From Gemmatimonadaceae bacterium (lineage in GTDB: Bacteria; Gemmatimonadota; Gemmatimonadetes; Gemmatimonadales; Gemmatimonadaceae), in the NCBI GenBank assembly GCA_035535975.1, contig DATLPC010000098.1, positions 16,859 to 80,858 on the forward strand: a stretch of 64,000 nucleotides of DNA. Direction: 5' to 3'. The notes beneath the pieces are model-generated. The model saw nothing but the letters and a program-made list of their open reading frames with translations, ran no database searches and had not been told where the DNA came from. Below are positions 27,216-34,789 of this stretch, piece after piece (the stretch's first letter is position 1; every line of letters starts with the position of its first letter). Position numbers and translations under genes: made by a program.

Positions 27216-28344
27216 TATGCCGTTCAAAGCGCCGTATCGAAAACAAACTCAAATCAAACTTAGAACTCCCATCGGTCACCAAGTCGGCCACTATCTCTCC
27301 GACGACTGACGCGAACTTGAAGCCGTGGCCGGAGCACGCCGATACCACGTGCACCCGCTCGTGGCCCGGCAGCCGGTCCATGATGAAATGCTCATCGGGC
27401 GTATTCGTGAACAGACACACCGACGAGCGCAACGCGCGGCCCGAACCTCCCGGGAAGTAGCGCCGCGCGAACGTGTGAAGGATCTCGATGTCCACGTCGC
27501 GAACGCCACGGTCGACGGCGTCCGGGTCGACGCGCTCGCCGAGGTGGTGGTATCGCCCCACCTTGAATCCCGGGCTGCCCCACTCGGGAAATCCGTAGTA
27601 GCGCCCTTCTTCGACCGTCAGATTGAACACCGGGAAACGCTCCGGCACGAACGTCGACGCATCACCAATCTCGAACCACGCGACGACCTGACGCTCCGGC
27701 TCAAAAAGTCCCGCGTAGTCCGGAAGGAAATCCGCCATCCAGGAGCCCGCGCTCAAGACGAGATGATCGGCGACGTACGCGCCCTGCTCGGTCTTCACCT
27801 CGACGCGGTCGCCGCGCTCCTCCCACGTCAGGACGCGCTCGCCCGATCGGATGGTCGCTCCGTCCGCACCGGCCAGACGCGCGTGCGCGGCGACGGCGGT
27901 CTCCGGAATGAGGAACCCGCCGTCCGGCTGAAACAAACCCAGGTGGTCCGGCGGCAGGTGATACGCCGGAAATCGCCGCGTGAGCTCGGCACTCGTCAGC
28001 ACCTCGTGTGGTAGCCCGTGGATCGCGCACGAACGCCGCGACCCTTCGAAAACCGGATCGCCCGGCGCGCTCGCGTCGATCGACCCGGTGCGCACGAACA
28101 ACCGTTCGCCACAGCGGCGCTCGAGCTCCGCCCAAAGCTCGGCCGCGCGAACGAGTAACGGCACGTACGACGGATGCTCGTAGTACGCGATGCGAATGAT
28201 CCGGGTCAGTCCATGGGAAGAGCCGTGATCGTTCGGCACGTCGAATCGGTCGAAGGCGATCACGCGCTGTCCACGCGCCGCGAGATGCATCGCCGCCGCA
28301 CTCCCCATCGCCCCCGCCCCGACGATGATCACGTCGTACCGCAT
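27208..28344 (-). CDS. solA: FAD-dependent N-methyl amino acid oxidase (monomeric sarcosine oxidase / N-methyltryptophan oxidase family)
   Basis: MRYDVIIVGAGAMGSAAA (GxGxxG), HGSSHGLTRIIR and CSGHGFKFASVVGEI (the covalent-FAD Cys region), colinear with SolA/MSOX. Start taken at ATG 28344. Confidence 0.8.
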   Translation of the reverse strand: MRYDVIIVGAGAMGSAAAMHLAARGQRVIAFDRFDVPNDHGSSHGLTRIIRIAYYEHPSYVPLLVRAAELWAELERRCGERLFVRTGSIDASAPGDPVFEGSRRSCAIHGLPHEVLTSAELTRRFPAYHLPPDHLGLFQPDGGFLIPETAVAAHARLAGADGATIRSGERVLTWEERGDRVEVKTEQGAYVADHLVLSAGSWMADFLPDYAGLFEPERQVVAWFEIGDASTFVPERFPVFNLTVEEGRYYGFPEWGSPGFKVGRYHHLGERVDPDAVDRGVRDVDIEILHTFARRYFPGGSGRALRSSVCLFTNTPDEHFIMDRLPGHERVHVVSACSGHGFKFASVVGEIVADLVTDGSSKFDLSLFSIRRFERHTA

Positions 28345-28375
28345 CTCGTGCCTCGCGTACCAAAACACCGCGTTG

Positions 28376-28422
28376 GGGGTCAGACTCCCTGTTACATGAA
28401 TTGTAACAGGGAGTCTGACCCC
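28376..28422 (-). terminator. Perfect 21-bp stem hairpin built from the GGGGTCAGACTCC repeat family; probable terminator after the DUF4390 gene
   Basis: ggggtcagactccctgttaca-tgaat-tgtaacagggagtctgacccc. It starts 3 nt after the stop of the upstream minus-strand gene and is followed on the minus strand by gtgttttg. Confidence 0.55.
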
Positions 28423-28424
28423 AT

Positions 28425-29060
28425 TTAGGGAACTGTGAATATGCCCGAGCGACGTTCGTAGTGACGCTTATCCCCACCGAGAAGGCGCGAGACGAGCGTC
28501 CCGAGCCCATTGCGGATCGCCTTGAGCGGATTCCGGCTCGGCGCCTCGGGGCCCCGCAGCCATTGTTGGAGTGCGTCCAGATCGCTCACCGTCAATGTCT
28601 GTACGTCCAGCACGAGATTGTAATAGAACTTTCCCGCGCCGTCGGGGTGCAGATCGACGCGCAGCGCGCGGCCAAACGCCGCCTCCGCCGCCACGATCGT
28701 CGGAAAGCCGCCGTAGTTCTCGAGCAATCGTCCTTCATCGCCGCGGCGAACCGCGTTGAACATCTCCACCGCCGGATCGAACGCGACGAGCACGTCCCAC
28801 TCGGTCAGTCCGCGCCGGTCATCGCCGAACACTCCTCCTTTTTGCCACAGCTCGAGACGATAATGAATCCGCGCCGGAAACCCGTTGTGGAGGAGCTCGC
28901 GTGTCTTCGAGTCGCCGAGCAGGCTTTCGGTGCTCACCGTCGCGCCGACGGTCGGCGCACTCGCGGCCGCGAACGCCACGTCCAATTGAACGCGCGGCCG
29001 CTGCGCCACGAGTGGCGCCGCCCAAAGAGCAAGACCGACGAGCCAGGCGCGCACACGCAC
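28425..29060 (-). CDS. DUF4390-like secreted protein
   Basis: 211 aa with signal peptide MRVRAWLVGLALWAAPLVAQ. The pattern LLHNGFPARIHYRLELW...FPTIVAAEAAF...GKFYYNLVLDVQTLTVSDLDALQQWLRG matches my recollection of DUF4390. Confidence 0.5.
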   Translation of the reverse strand: MRVRAWLVGLALWAAPLVAQRPRVQLDVAFAAASAPTVGATVSTESLLGDSKTRELLHNGFPARIHYRLELWQKGGVFGDDRRGLTEWDVLVAFDPAVEMFNAVRRGDEGRLLENYGGFPTIVAAEAAFGRALRVDLHPDGAGKFYYNLVLDVQTLTVSDLDALQQWLRGPEAPSRNPLKAIRNGLGTLVSRLLGGDKRHYERRSGIFTVP

Positions 29061-29062
29061 GG

Positions 29063-30769
29063 CTAGAACCGGTGCCTCAACCGAACGAAGAAGTTCACCG
29101 GTTCGGAGGGTGTGGCGAGCGACTTCGCGGCGTACACGCCGATGCCCTGAATGTCGAGACCGAGTCCGACGTCGGACCGAAATGTCGACAGCGGCGGTAA
29201 GCTCGTGCGCGAGTAGGTCAGCCCGTCATCGCGCGCTCCCACGCGCCAACCCCGGCCGGCGTCGGCGAACAGCACCCACACCGCGTCGCCGTGCGCGCCG
29301 TGATAGTAGCGTGGCCAATCGCCCCAAATCCGGCTGAAGTCGAAGCGCAAGTCACTTCGGTATTCGACTTGAGCCAGCGCGATCCGGTCGCACTCAGCGG
29401 GCGGTCCCGGCAAGGAAACACCGGCGTTGCACGTGCCGACGTCAATCCCGGTTCTCGATCCGTGAAAGTCGTACCCCGGGAGTGCGCCCGGGCCGTCGAC
29501 GGACAGTCGCCGCTCGAGCGGAAGCTCGTCGCCGCCGAGCAATCCGGCGAACACGACCCGCAAGTTGAGCTGGGCGTCCGGTCCGAGGCGGGTGTAACGA
29601 CGAACGTCGAAGAATCCGCGCATGTAATTCACGGCGCCGATTCGCGGCGTCACATCGGACGTCTGCCCCGGCGACTCGATCGTGCCGCTTCCGTGCTCCG
29701 CGTCGGCGCGCACCCACCATCCGGACCATGGGTCGTCCGGATCCGTCCGCGTATCGACACCAAGTGCCAGATCAGCGATGTGAAAGACGCCCTGGTCGAC
29801 GCGTGGGTTCGGCCGCCACGGATCGCCGCCGTGGAACAGCGAAAACGGATTGTGCGCGGAGCGCGCCGTCCATCGCTCGACGCCGTACGATCCCGTGAGG
29901 CTGAGATCACGCGCGCCGTACAACGTCACGTATCCATTCGTGCCGTGACGCTGATAGTAGTCACGGTAATCGCGACGGACGACGACCGCGGCCAGCGCTG
30001 TCTCTACGTCGCTCAGCTGCCAGTCCTCGACCGGATCGACCAGGTTGAAGATCCGTCCGCCGACGCCGATCCCTCGCTCGCGGCCAAATCGCACTTCGCC
30101 GGCCAGTCTATGTCCGACGTCGGCATGCTCGGAGTTGAAGCTGCCGGTGCGCGTGATCGCCGCGGCGTCCGCGTCGAAGCTCCCCCACGGCGTCAGACGA
30201 TGCGCCATTGGACCGAGGCTGATCGGTAGGCCTTCGACGCGGTTGTACGCCCCGGCCTGCACGACGCGAACCGCTTCACTGCGATTGCCGTCCGCGTGCC
30301 GCTCGAGCCGGCGCCACCAACTGTCCGGTTCACGCGCTTCGTCCTCGACCGCGATGATCCGAGCCCCTTCCTCGCGGTAGCGCAACGTGTCCGTGAACAC
30401 GCGAACCGCACCGGCGACGCGCGCCGAATCCCGCCCGGTCAGCGTTCCGCCGACAATGAGGATCTCGCCGTCGATGCGCGCCGTCGGGCGAAGCGCGACG
30501 GAACCGTTTACGGCGACCACCGAGCCGGCGACGTGGCCGGCGATGTCCAGCGTACCGCGTTCGAACGCGACGTTGCCGTTGATCTCCTCACCGCTCGCGA
30601 TCTCGAGTCGACGCGCCGCGCGAATGGCGTTTGGCCCGTTCCAGCGGGCGACCACTTCGCGCCGCACGTCGGGCGGTACAGCGCCAAGTCGCGCTTCGGT
30701 CGGTGAGCGCTGTGCTCCGGCGAGTGCCGGGACGAGCCCCGCCACGAGCGCCAGCCTTTTCATCAACAT
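29063..30769 (-). CDS. outer-membrane protein: bactofilin-like beta-helix N-terminal region fused to an Omp85/surface-antigen-like beta-barrel
   Basis: Signal peptide MLMKRLALVAGLVPALAGAQ. INGNVAFERGTLDIAGHVAGSVVAVNGSVALRPTARIDGEILIVGGTLTG is a bactofilin-type repeat pattern. The C-terminal half has alternating beta-strand character and ends ...FFVRLRHRF (terminal Phe). Confidence 0.55.
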   Translation of the reverse strand: MLMKRLALVAGLVPALAGAQRSPTEARLGAVPPDVRREVVARWNGPNAIRAARRLEIASGEEINGNVAFERGTLDIAGHVAGSVVAVNGSVALRPTARIDGEILIVGGTLTGRDSARVAGAVRVFTDTLRYREEGARIIAVEDEAREPDSWWRRLERHADGNRSEAVRVVQAGAYNRVEGLPISLGPMAHRLTPWGSFDADAAAITRTGSFNSEHADVGHRLAGEVRFGRERGIGVGGRIFNLVDPVEDWQLSDVETALAAVVVRRDYRDYYQRHGTNGYVTLYGARDLSLTGSYGVERWTARSAHNPFSLFHGGDPWRPNPRVDQGVFHIADLALGVDTRTDPDDPWSGWWVRADAEHGSGTIESPGQTSDVTPRIGAVNYMRGFFDVRRYTRLGPDAQLNLRVVFAGLLGGDELPLERRLSVDGPGALPGYDFHGSRTGIDVGTCNAGVSLPGPPAECDRIALAQVEYRSDLRFDFSRIWGDWPRYYHGAHGDAVWVLFADAGRGWRVGARDDGLTYSRTSLPPLSTFRSDVGLGLDIQGIGVYAAKSLATPSEPVNFFVRLRHRF

Positions 30770-30826
30770 GCCAACTCCGGATTTCGGATGTCGAACGCCC
30801 TCCCCCCTCCACACAGCGCGTCGTCG

Positions 30827-32215
30827 CTACTCCATCGCGCTACCGACGGCGATCCCCAAGCGACGCATGCGCCGGTAGAGATTGGGGCGGTCGGTCTTGA
30901 GGCGCCGCGCGGCCTCGGCGACGTTGCCGCCGGTGACCGACAGGGCGCGCGCGATGAGCGTGCGTTCGTAGTCGTCGAGCGTGTCGCTCAAGGAATGATC
31001 GAGGAGCGCCGGATCGGGAAGGGGTGTCGGCGGCGTGAGTCGCGCAGCCCGCTCGAGGGGAAGGACGGCCGCGACGTCGTTGTGCGTTACTGTGCGTCCG
31101 GCGTGCAGTATAGCCAAACGTTCCACGATGTTCGCCAGCTCGCGGATGTTTCCGGGCCAGGTGTATCTCGTGAGCGCCGCCACCGCTTCCTCGGACCACG
31201 ACGGCATCGCCTGGCCGGTGCGCATCCGGTGCAGCGCCGAAAAATGCCGAACGAGCGCCGGGATGTCGGTCGGGCGCTCGCGCAGCGGCGGGATCGGAAT
31301 CGGGATCACATTCAGGCGGAAGAGCAGATCGTCACGAAACGCCCCTTCCGCCGACGCGCGGGCGAGATCCTTGTTCGTCGCGGAGACGATCCTCACGTCC
31401 ACCCGAATCGGCTTCCCGCCGCCGACGCGCTCTATTTCTCGAGCTTCGATCGCGCGCAGCAGCTTGGCCTGCGCTTCGGCGCCGAGATCACCCACCTCGT
31501 CGAGGAAGAGCGTCCCCCGATGCGCGAGCTCGAACCGTCCGATCCGACGATCGGTCGCGCCGGTGAACGCGCCGCGCTCGTGGCCGAACATCTCGCTCTC
31601 CACGAGATCGCGCGGGATCGCCGCGCAATTCACCCGCACGAACGGTCGATCGCGCCGCGGACTCCCGCCGTGAATCGCGATCGCGACGAGCTCCTTTCCG
31701 GTTCCGGATTCCCCCGTGATCAGCACTCGCGAGTCCGTCGGTGCAATTCGCGCGATCAGCGCGCGCACCTGTTGCATCCCCGGACTGTCCCCAATCATCT
31801 CGCCGCTCAAACCGAGGTCGGCACGGAGGACTTTCGCCTCGCGACGCGCTTGCCGGAGCTCGAGCGCCGACGACAGCGCGAGCAGCACCCCTTCGGGGCT
31901 GAGCGGCTTTTCCAGAAAGTTGAACGCACCGAGCTTCGTCGCCTTGACGGCGTCACTCAGTCCGGCGCGGCCGCTCATCATGATCACGGGCACCTCCGGC
32001 AGCGACTCGCGCAGTCGCGCCAGCGTCGCCATGCCGTCCAAGTCGCCGGGGATCATCAAATCGAGCAGAAGCGCGTCCGGCTCGGCTTCGAGCGCGCGCG
32101 CGATTCCTGCCGCGCCGTCCTGCGCGTCGCGCACTTCGTATCCTTCGCCGGCCAGCAACGCGCCGACCATGCGCCGGATATTCGGCTCGTCGTCGATGAT
32201 GAGAACGCTCGGCAT
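30827..32215 (-). CDS. sigma-54-dependent response regulator (NtrC/NtrX family)
   Basis: Receiver domain VLIIDDEPNIR...LLLDLMIPG. AAA+ domain with GESGTGKEL and ERGAFTGA (GAFTGA loop). C-terminal Fis-type HTH GGNVAEAARRLKTDRPNLYRRMRRLGI. Confidence 0.9.
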   Translation of the reverse strand: MPSVLIIDDEPNIRRMVGALLAGEGYEVRDAQDGAAGIARALEAEPDALLLDLMIPGDLDGMATLARLRESLPEVPVIMMSGRAGLSDAVKATKLGAFNFLEKPLSPEGVLLALSSALELRQARREAKVLRADLGLSGEMIGDSPGMQQVRALIARIAPTDSRVLITGESGTGKELVAIAIHGGSPRRDRPFVRVNCAAIPRDLVESEMFGHERGAFTGATDRRIGRFELAHRGTLFLDEVGDLGAEAQAKLLRAIEAREIERVGGGKPIRVDVRIVSATNKDLARASAEGAFRDDLLFRLNVIPIPIPPLRERPTDIPALVRHFSALHRMRTGQAMPSWSEEAVAALTRYTWPGNIRELANIVERLAILHAGRTVTHNDVAAVLPLERAARLTPPTPLPDPALLDHSLSDTLDDYERTLIARALSVTGGNVAEAARRLKTDRPNLYRRMRRLGIAVGSAME

Positions 32216-32224
32216 GTACGCGGA

Positions 32225-32572
32225 TTACGCCGGCGTTCGAGGAGAGGACGAGGCGTCGGACAGACTGCGCTGCTTCTGTTCGGCCAGAAGCTTCGCCGAG
32301 AAACGCTGCGCCTCGGCGATGCGCTCCACTTCGATCGCGACGGCTTCGACAGCCTGCTCGATGCGCTCGAGACGCGCCGTCGCGTCGGAGGACAGTTGCG
32401 CCGGCGGAAGTACCGGCTGCGGCTCGAAGAATCGTCGCAGAATCCATCGAAAGAGCGGAGATCCGATGCCCAGGATCAGACACCCGGCGAGAAAGTACTG
32501 CCCCACCTGGATCGCGGCGCGAATCGCCTCGGGTGGGATGTTGAAGTCGGGCGGCCCCTGTGTGATCAGCAC
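32225..32572 (-). CDS. small single-pass membrane protein, paralog 2 (PspB-like organisation)
   Basis: 115 aa, GTG start with GGAG 8 nt upstream. One TM segment (VGQYFLAGCLILGIGSPLF), then ARLERIEQAVEAVAIEVERIAEAQRFSAKLLAEQ, shared with the neighbouring ORF. Confidence 0.55.
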   Translation of the reverse strand: MLITQGPPDFNIPPEAIRAAIQVGQYFLAGCLILGIGSPLFRWILRRFFEPQPVLPPAQLSSDATARLERIEQAVEAVAIEVERIAEAQRFSAKLLAEQKQRSLSDASSSPRTPA

Positions 32573-32586
32573 GAGCGGCGCTCCAT

Positions 32587-32871
32587 TCAGGATGGCGGCT
32601 TCGATAACCCGGGAGCGGCGGCGGTGTTCCGCTCAGCGAGCAGCTTGGTCGTGAAGCGCTGTCCCTCCGAGATCCGTTCGACCTCGATCGCGATGGAATC
32701 GAGCGCTTGCTCCATCCGCTCCAGGCGCGCGCCGACGTCCGGAGGCAGCACCGGCTGGCGTGGCTCTCGCTCGATCCGCCGCGCGTAGGCCTTGGCGATC
32801 GGAATCCCGATCGCCGTCACGCCGGTCATGATGAACAGGACGATCGGCACCATCAACGGACTAATTCCCAT
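32587..32871 (-). CDS. small single-pass membrane protein, paralog 1 (PspB-like organisation)
   Basis: 94 aa from ATG 32871, with GGAG 6 nt upstream. TM segment ISPLMVPIVLFIMTGVTAIGIPIA, then ARLERMEQALDSIAIEVERISEGQRFTTKLLAER. Overlaps the kinase stop by 11 nt. Confidence 0.55.
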   Translation of the reverse strand: MGISPLMVPIVLFIMTGVTAIGIPIAKAYARRIEREPRQPVLPPDVGARLERMEQALDSIAIEVERISEGQRFTTKLLAERNTAAAPGLSKPPS

Positions 32872-34168
32872 CGGTCGCTCCATTTCCGTTCCGGCTGCCA
32901 TTCACCGGCAACACGAATCGAACCTCCGTGCCGCGGCCCGGAGTGCTCTCCGCCGTGACGGTTCCGTCGTGCGCCAACACCGTTTGTCTGGCGATCGCGA
33001 GACCAAGCCCCGTCCCGCCAGGCTTCGACGTCATGTATGGATCCCAGATGCGCAACAGCCTCTCCGGCGCGATGCCGCAGCCGGTGTCACGCACCGCGAT
33101 CTCGACGGCGTCGCGATCGGCGATCGGTGCGCGACGCACGCGTACGTCGATGCGGCCTTCACCGTCGCCGCACTGACGGCAGGCGTCCACCGCGTTCAAC
33201 ATCACGTTCGATAGTGCGCGTGCGAGTGCGTCGTGGTGGCCGTCGATCATCGGCACGGCATCGTCGATCTCGACGAGCGATTCCATGCTCGGCGGAATCG
33301 TCGCGCGCGCCGTATAGCGGGCAAGCTCGCCGACGTCGACCGGCGCGCGCGGGCCTTCGGGCAGGCGCCCGAATTGCGCGAAGCTTCGCGCCATCTCCTC
33401 GAGGCGATGGGATTCGATGCCCAACACCTCCACCGTTTCCGCCAGCTCCGGCGGCGCGTCACGCCGAAGTCGATCCACCGCGAAGCGGATCGGGGTGAGC
33501 GGGTTTTTCAATTCGTGCGCAAATTGCCGGGCGCTCTCGCGGAGCGCGCTGGCGCGTTCCGCCTCGAGCTCGCGCGCGCGCGCCGTTTCGAGCTCGCCGG
33601 CCATGTCGCGCATGCGTCGTCGAAGGACCTCGAACTCCGGTGCGCCGCGCCGGGGCGGCGTCACGGGAAGCGCCTCTCGTCGGCCAATCCGCTCCGTCCA
33701 CCCGACCAGCTCTTGCAGCGGCCGGCTCAAATTCCTGCTCAAGTGACCGGCAACTCGCGACGCGACGACTCCGATGATCAGCACCGCCGCCAGCGTCGAC
33801 AAAGCGAGGACCTTCGCGCCCTGTCGCAACACGAAATCGGCTTGCCGTGAGTTCACCAGGCTGCGGCGAAGCGTTTGCTCGTGCGCTTCCACGGCAGTCC
33901 GCTGACTTGGTGTCAGCGGCGCCGAACGCACGGCCATGACGGCGCGCTCGCCGGTGAATGCCACGCTGTCCCAAGCCGCGGTGCCGGTGACGAGCGGAAG
34001 CACGAACGATCCTGTAGCGTTCCAGGCAATGGAGATCAGAATCGACGGAATGAGCGCGAAGGCCAGCAGGATGAACAGGAGGCGGCCGCGAAACCCGACA
34101 CGCTTCACAAAGGCTCTCCTCCTCCCCCCATTACGCGATGGGCGGAACACCGGTTTCGGGTCAAACAT
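32861..34168 (-). CDS. sensor histidine kinase (NtrY/NtrB-like; 2 TM + HAMP + HisKA + HATPase_c)
   Basis: H-box FAHELKNPLTPI, N-box NVMLNAVDA, G-boxes RDTGCGI and GGTGLGLAI. Start set at Met13 (34168) because the track start would lie 20 nt from the divergent yjbQ-like start. Confidence 0.85.
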   Translation of the reverse strand: MFDPKPVFRPSRNGGRRRAFVKRVGFRGRLLFILLAFALIPSILISIAWNATGSFVLPLVTGTAAWDSVAFTGERAVMAVRSAPLTPSQRTAVEAHEQTLRRSLVNSRQADFVLRQGAKVLALSTLAAVLIIGVVASRVAGHLSRNLSRPLQELVGWTERIGRREALPVTPPRRGAPEFEVLRRRMRDMAGELETARARELEAERASALRESARQFAHELKNPLTPIRFAVDRLRRDAPPELAETVEVLGIESHRLEEMARSFAQFGRLPEGPRAPVDVGELARYTARATIPPSMESLVEIDDAVPMIDGHHDALARALSNVMLNAVDACRQCGDGEGRIDVRVRRAPIADRDAVEIAVRDTGCGIAPERLLRIWDPYMTSKPGGTGLGLAIARQTVLAHDGTVTAESTPGRGTEVRFVLPVNGSRNGNGATDGN

Positions 34169-34224
34169 ACGCTGCGCCGCGGGCACCAACCACCAGGACG
34201 GCAAGGGACGGGGGAAGCGACGAC

Positions 34225-34650
34225 ATGAAGACGCACACGAAGTATCTCACCTTCAACACGAAGAAGCGTCAGGAGATCATCGACATCACCGAGGAAGTCG
34301 AGCAGTGTCGATCCGCCGCCGGAATCAGCGAGGGCATGGTGCTCGTCTCGGCGATGCACATCTCGGCGTCGGTGTTCGTGAACGACCACGAACCGGGTTT
34401 GTGGAAGGACATCCTCGATTGGCTCGAGCAGTCCATCGCGCCCTGGGATCCAGACCGCTACCGCCATAACAGCGGTACCGGGGAGGACAACGCCGCGGCG
34501 CATCTCCGGTCCCTTACCATCGGCCACGAAGTGATTGTGCCCGTCACCGCGGGACGCCTCGACCTTGGCCCTTGGCAGCGCATTTTCTATGGCGAGTGGG
34601 ATGGCCAGCGGCCGAAGCGCGTGATTCTCAAAGCGCTGGGGGACGCCTAA
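34225..34650 (+). CDS. YjbQ/UPF0047 family protein (secondary thiamine-phosphate synthase-like)
   Basis: MKTHTKYLTFNTKKRQEIIDITEEV...VSAMHISASVFVNDHEPGL...NAAAHLRS...GPWQRIFYGEWDG is a family-typical pattern. ATG at 34225 follows GGGGAAG. Confidence 0.85.
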   Translation: MKTHTKYLTFNTKKRQEIIDITEEVEQCRSAAGISEGMVLVSAMHISASVFVNDHEPGLWKDILDWLEQSIAPWDPDRYRHNSGTGEDNAAAHLRSLTIGHEVIVPVTAGRLDLGPWQRIFYGEWDGQRPKRVILKALGDA

Positions 34651-34789
34651 ATGTGGCCGCCAATAGCCTTAGCTTCACTGTCCGCCTAAGTTTAAAGCTT
34701 GATCCGAAGAGCCCTTTGGCATGAATTCTAGACATACCCGAGCACCATCCCGGTCGCAGAGCGCCCTCATTCACCGCGGGCCGCAGGCG

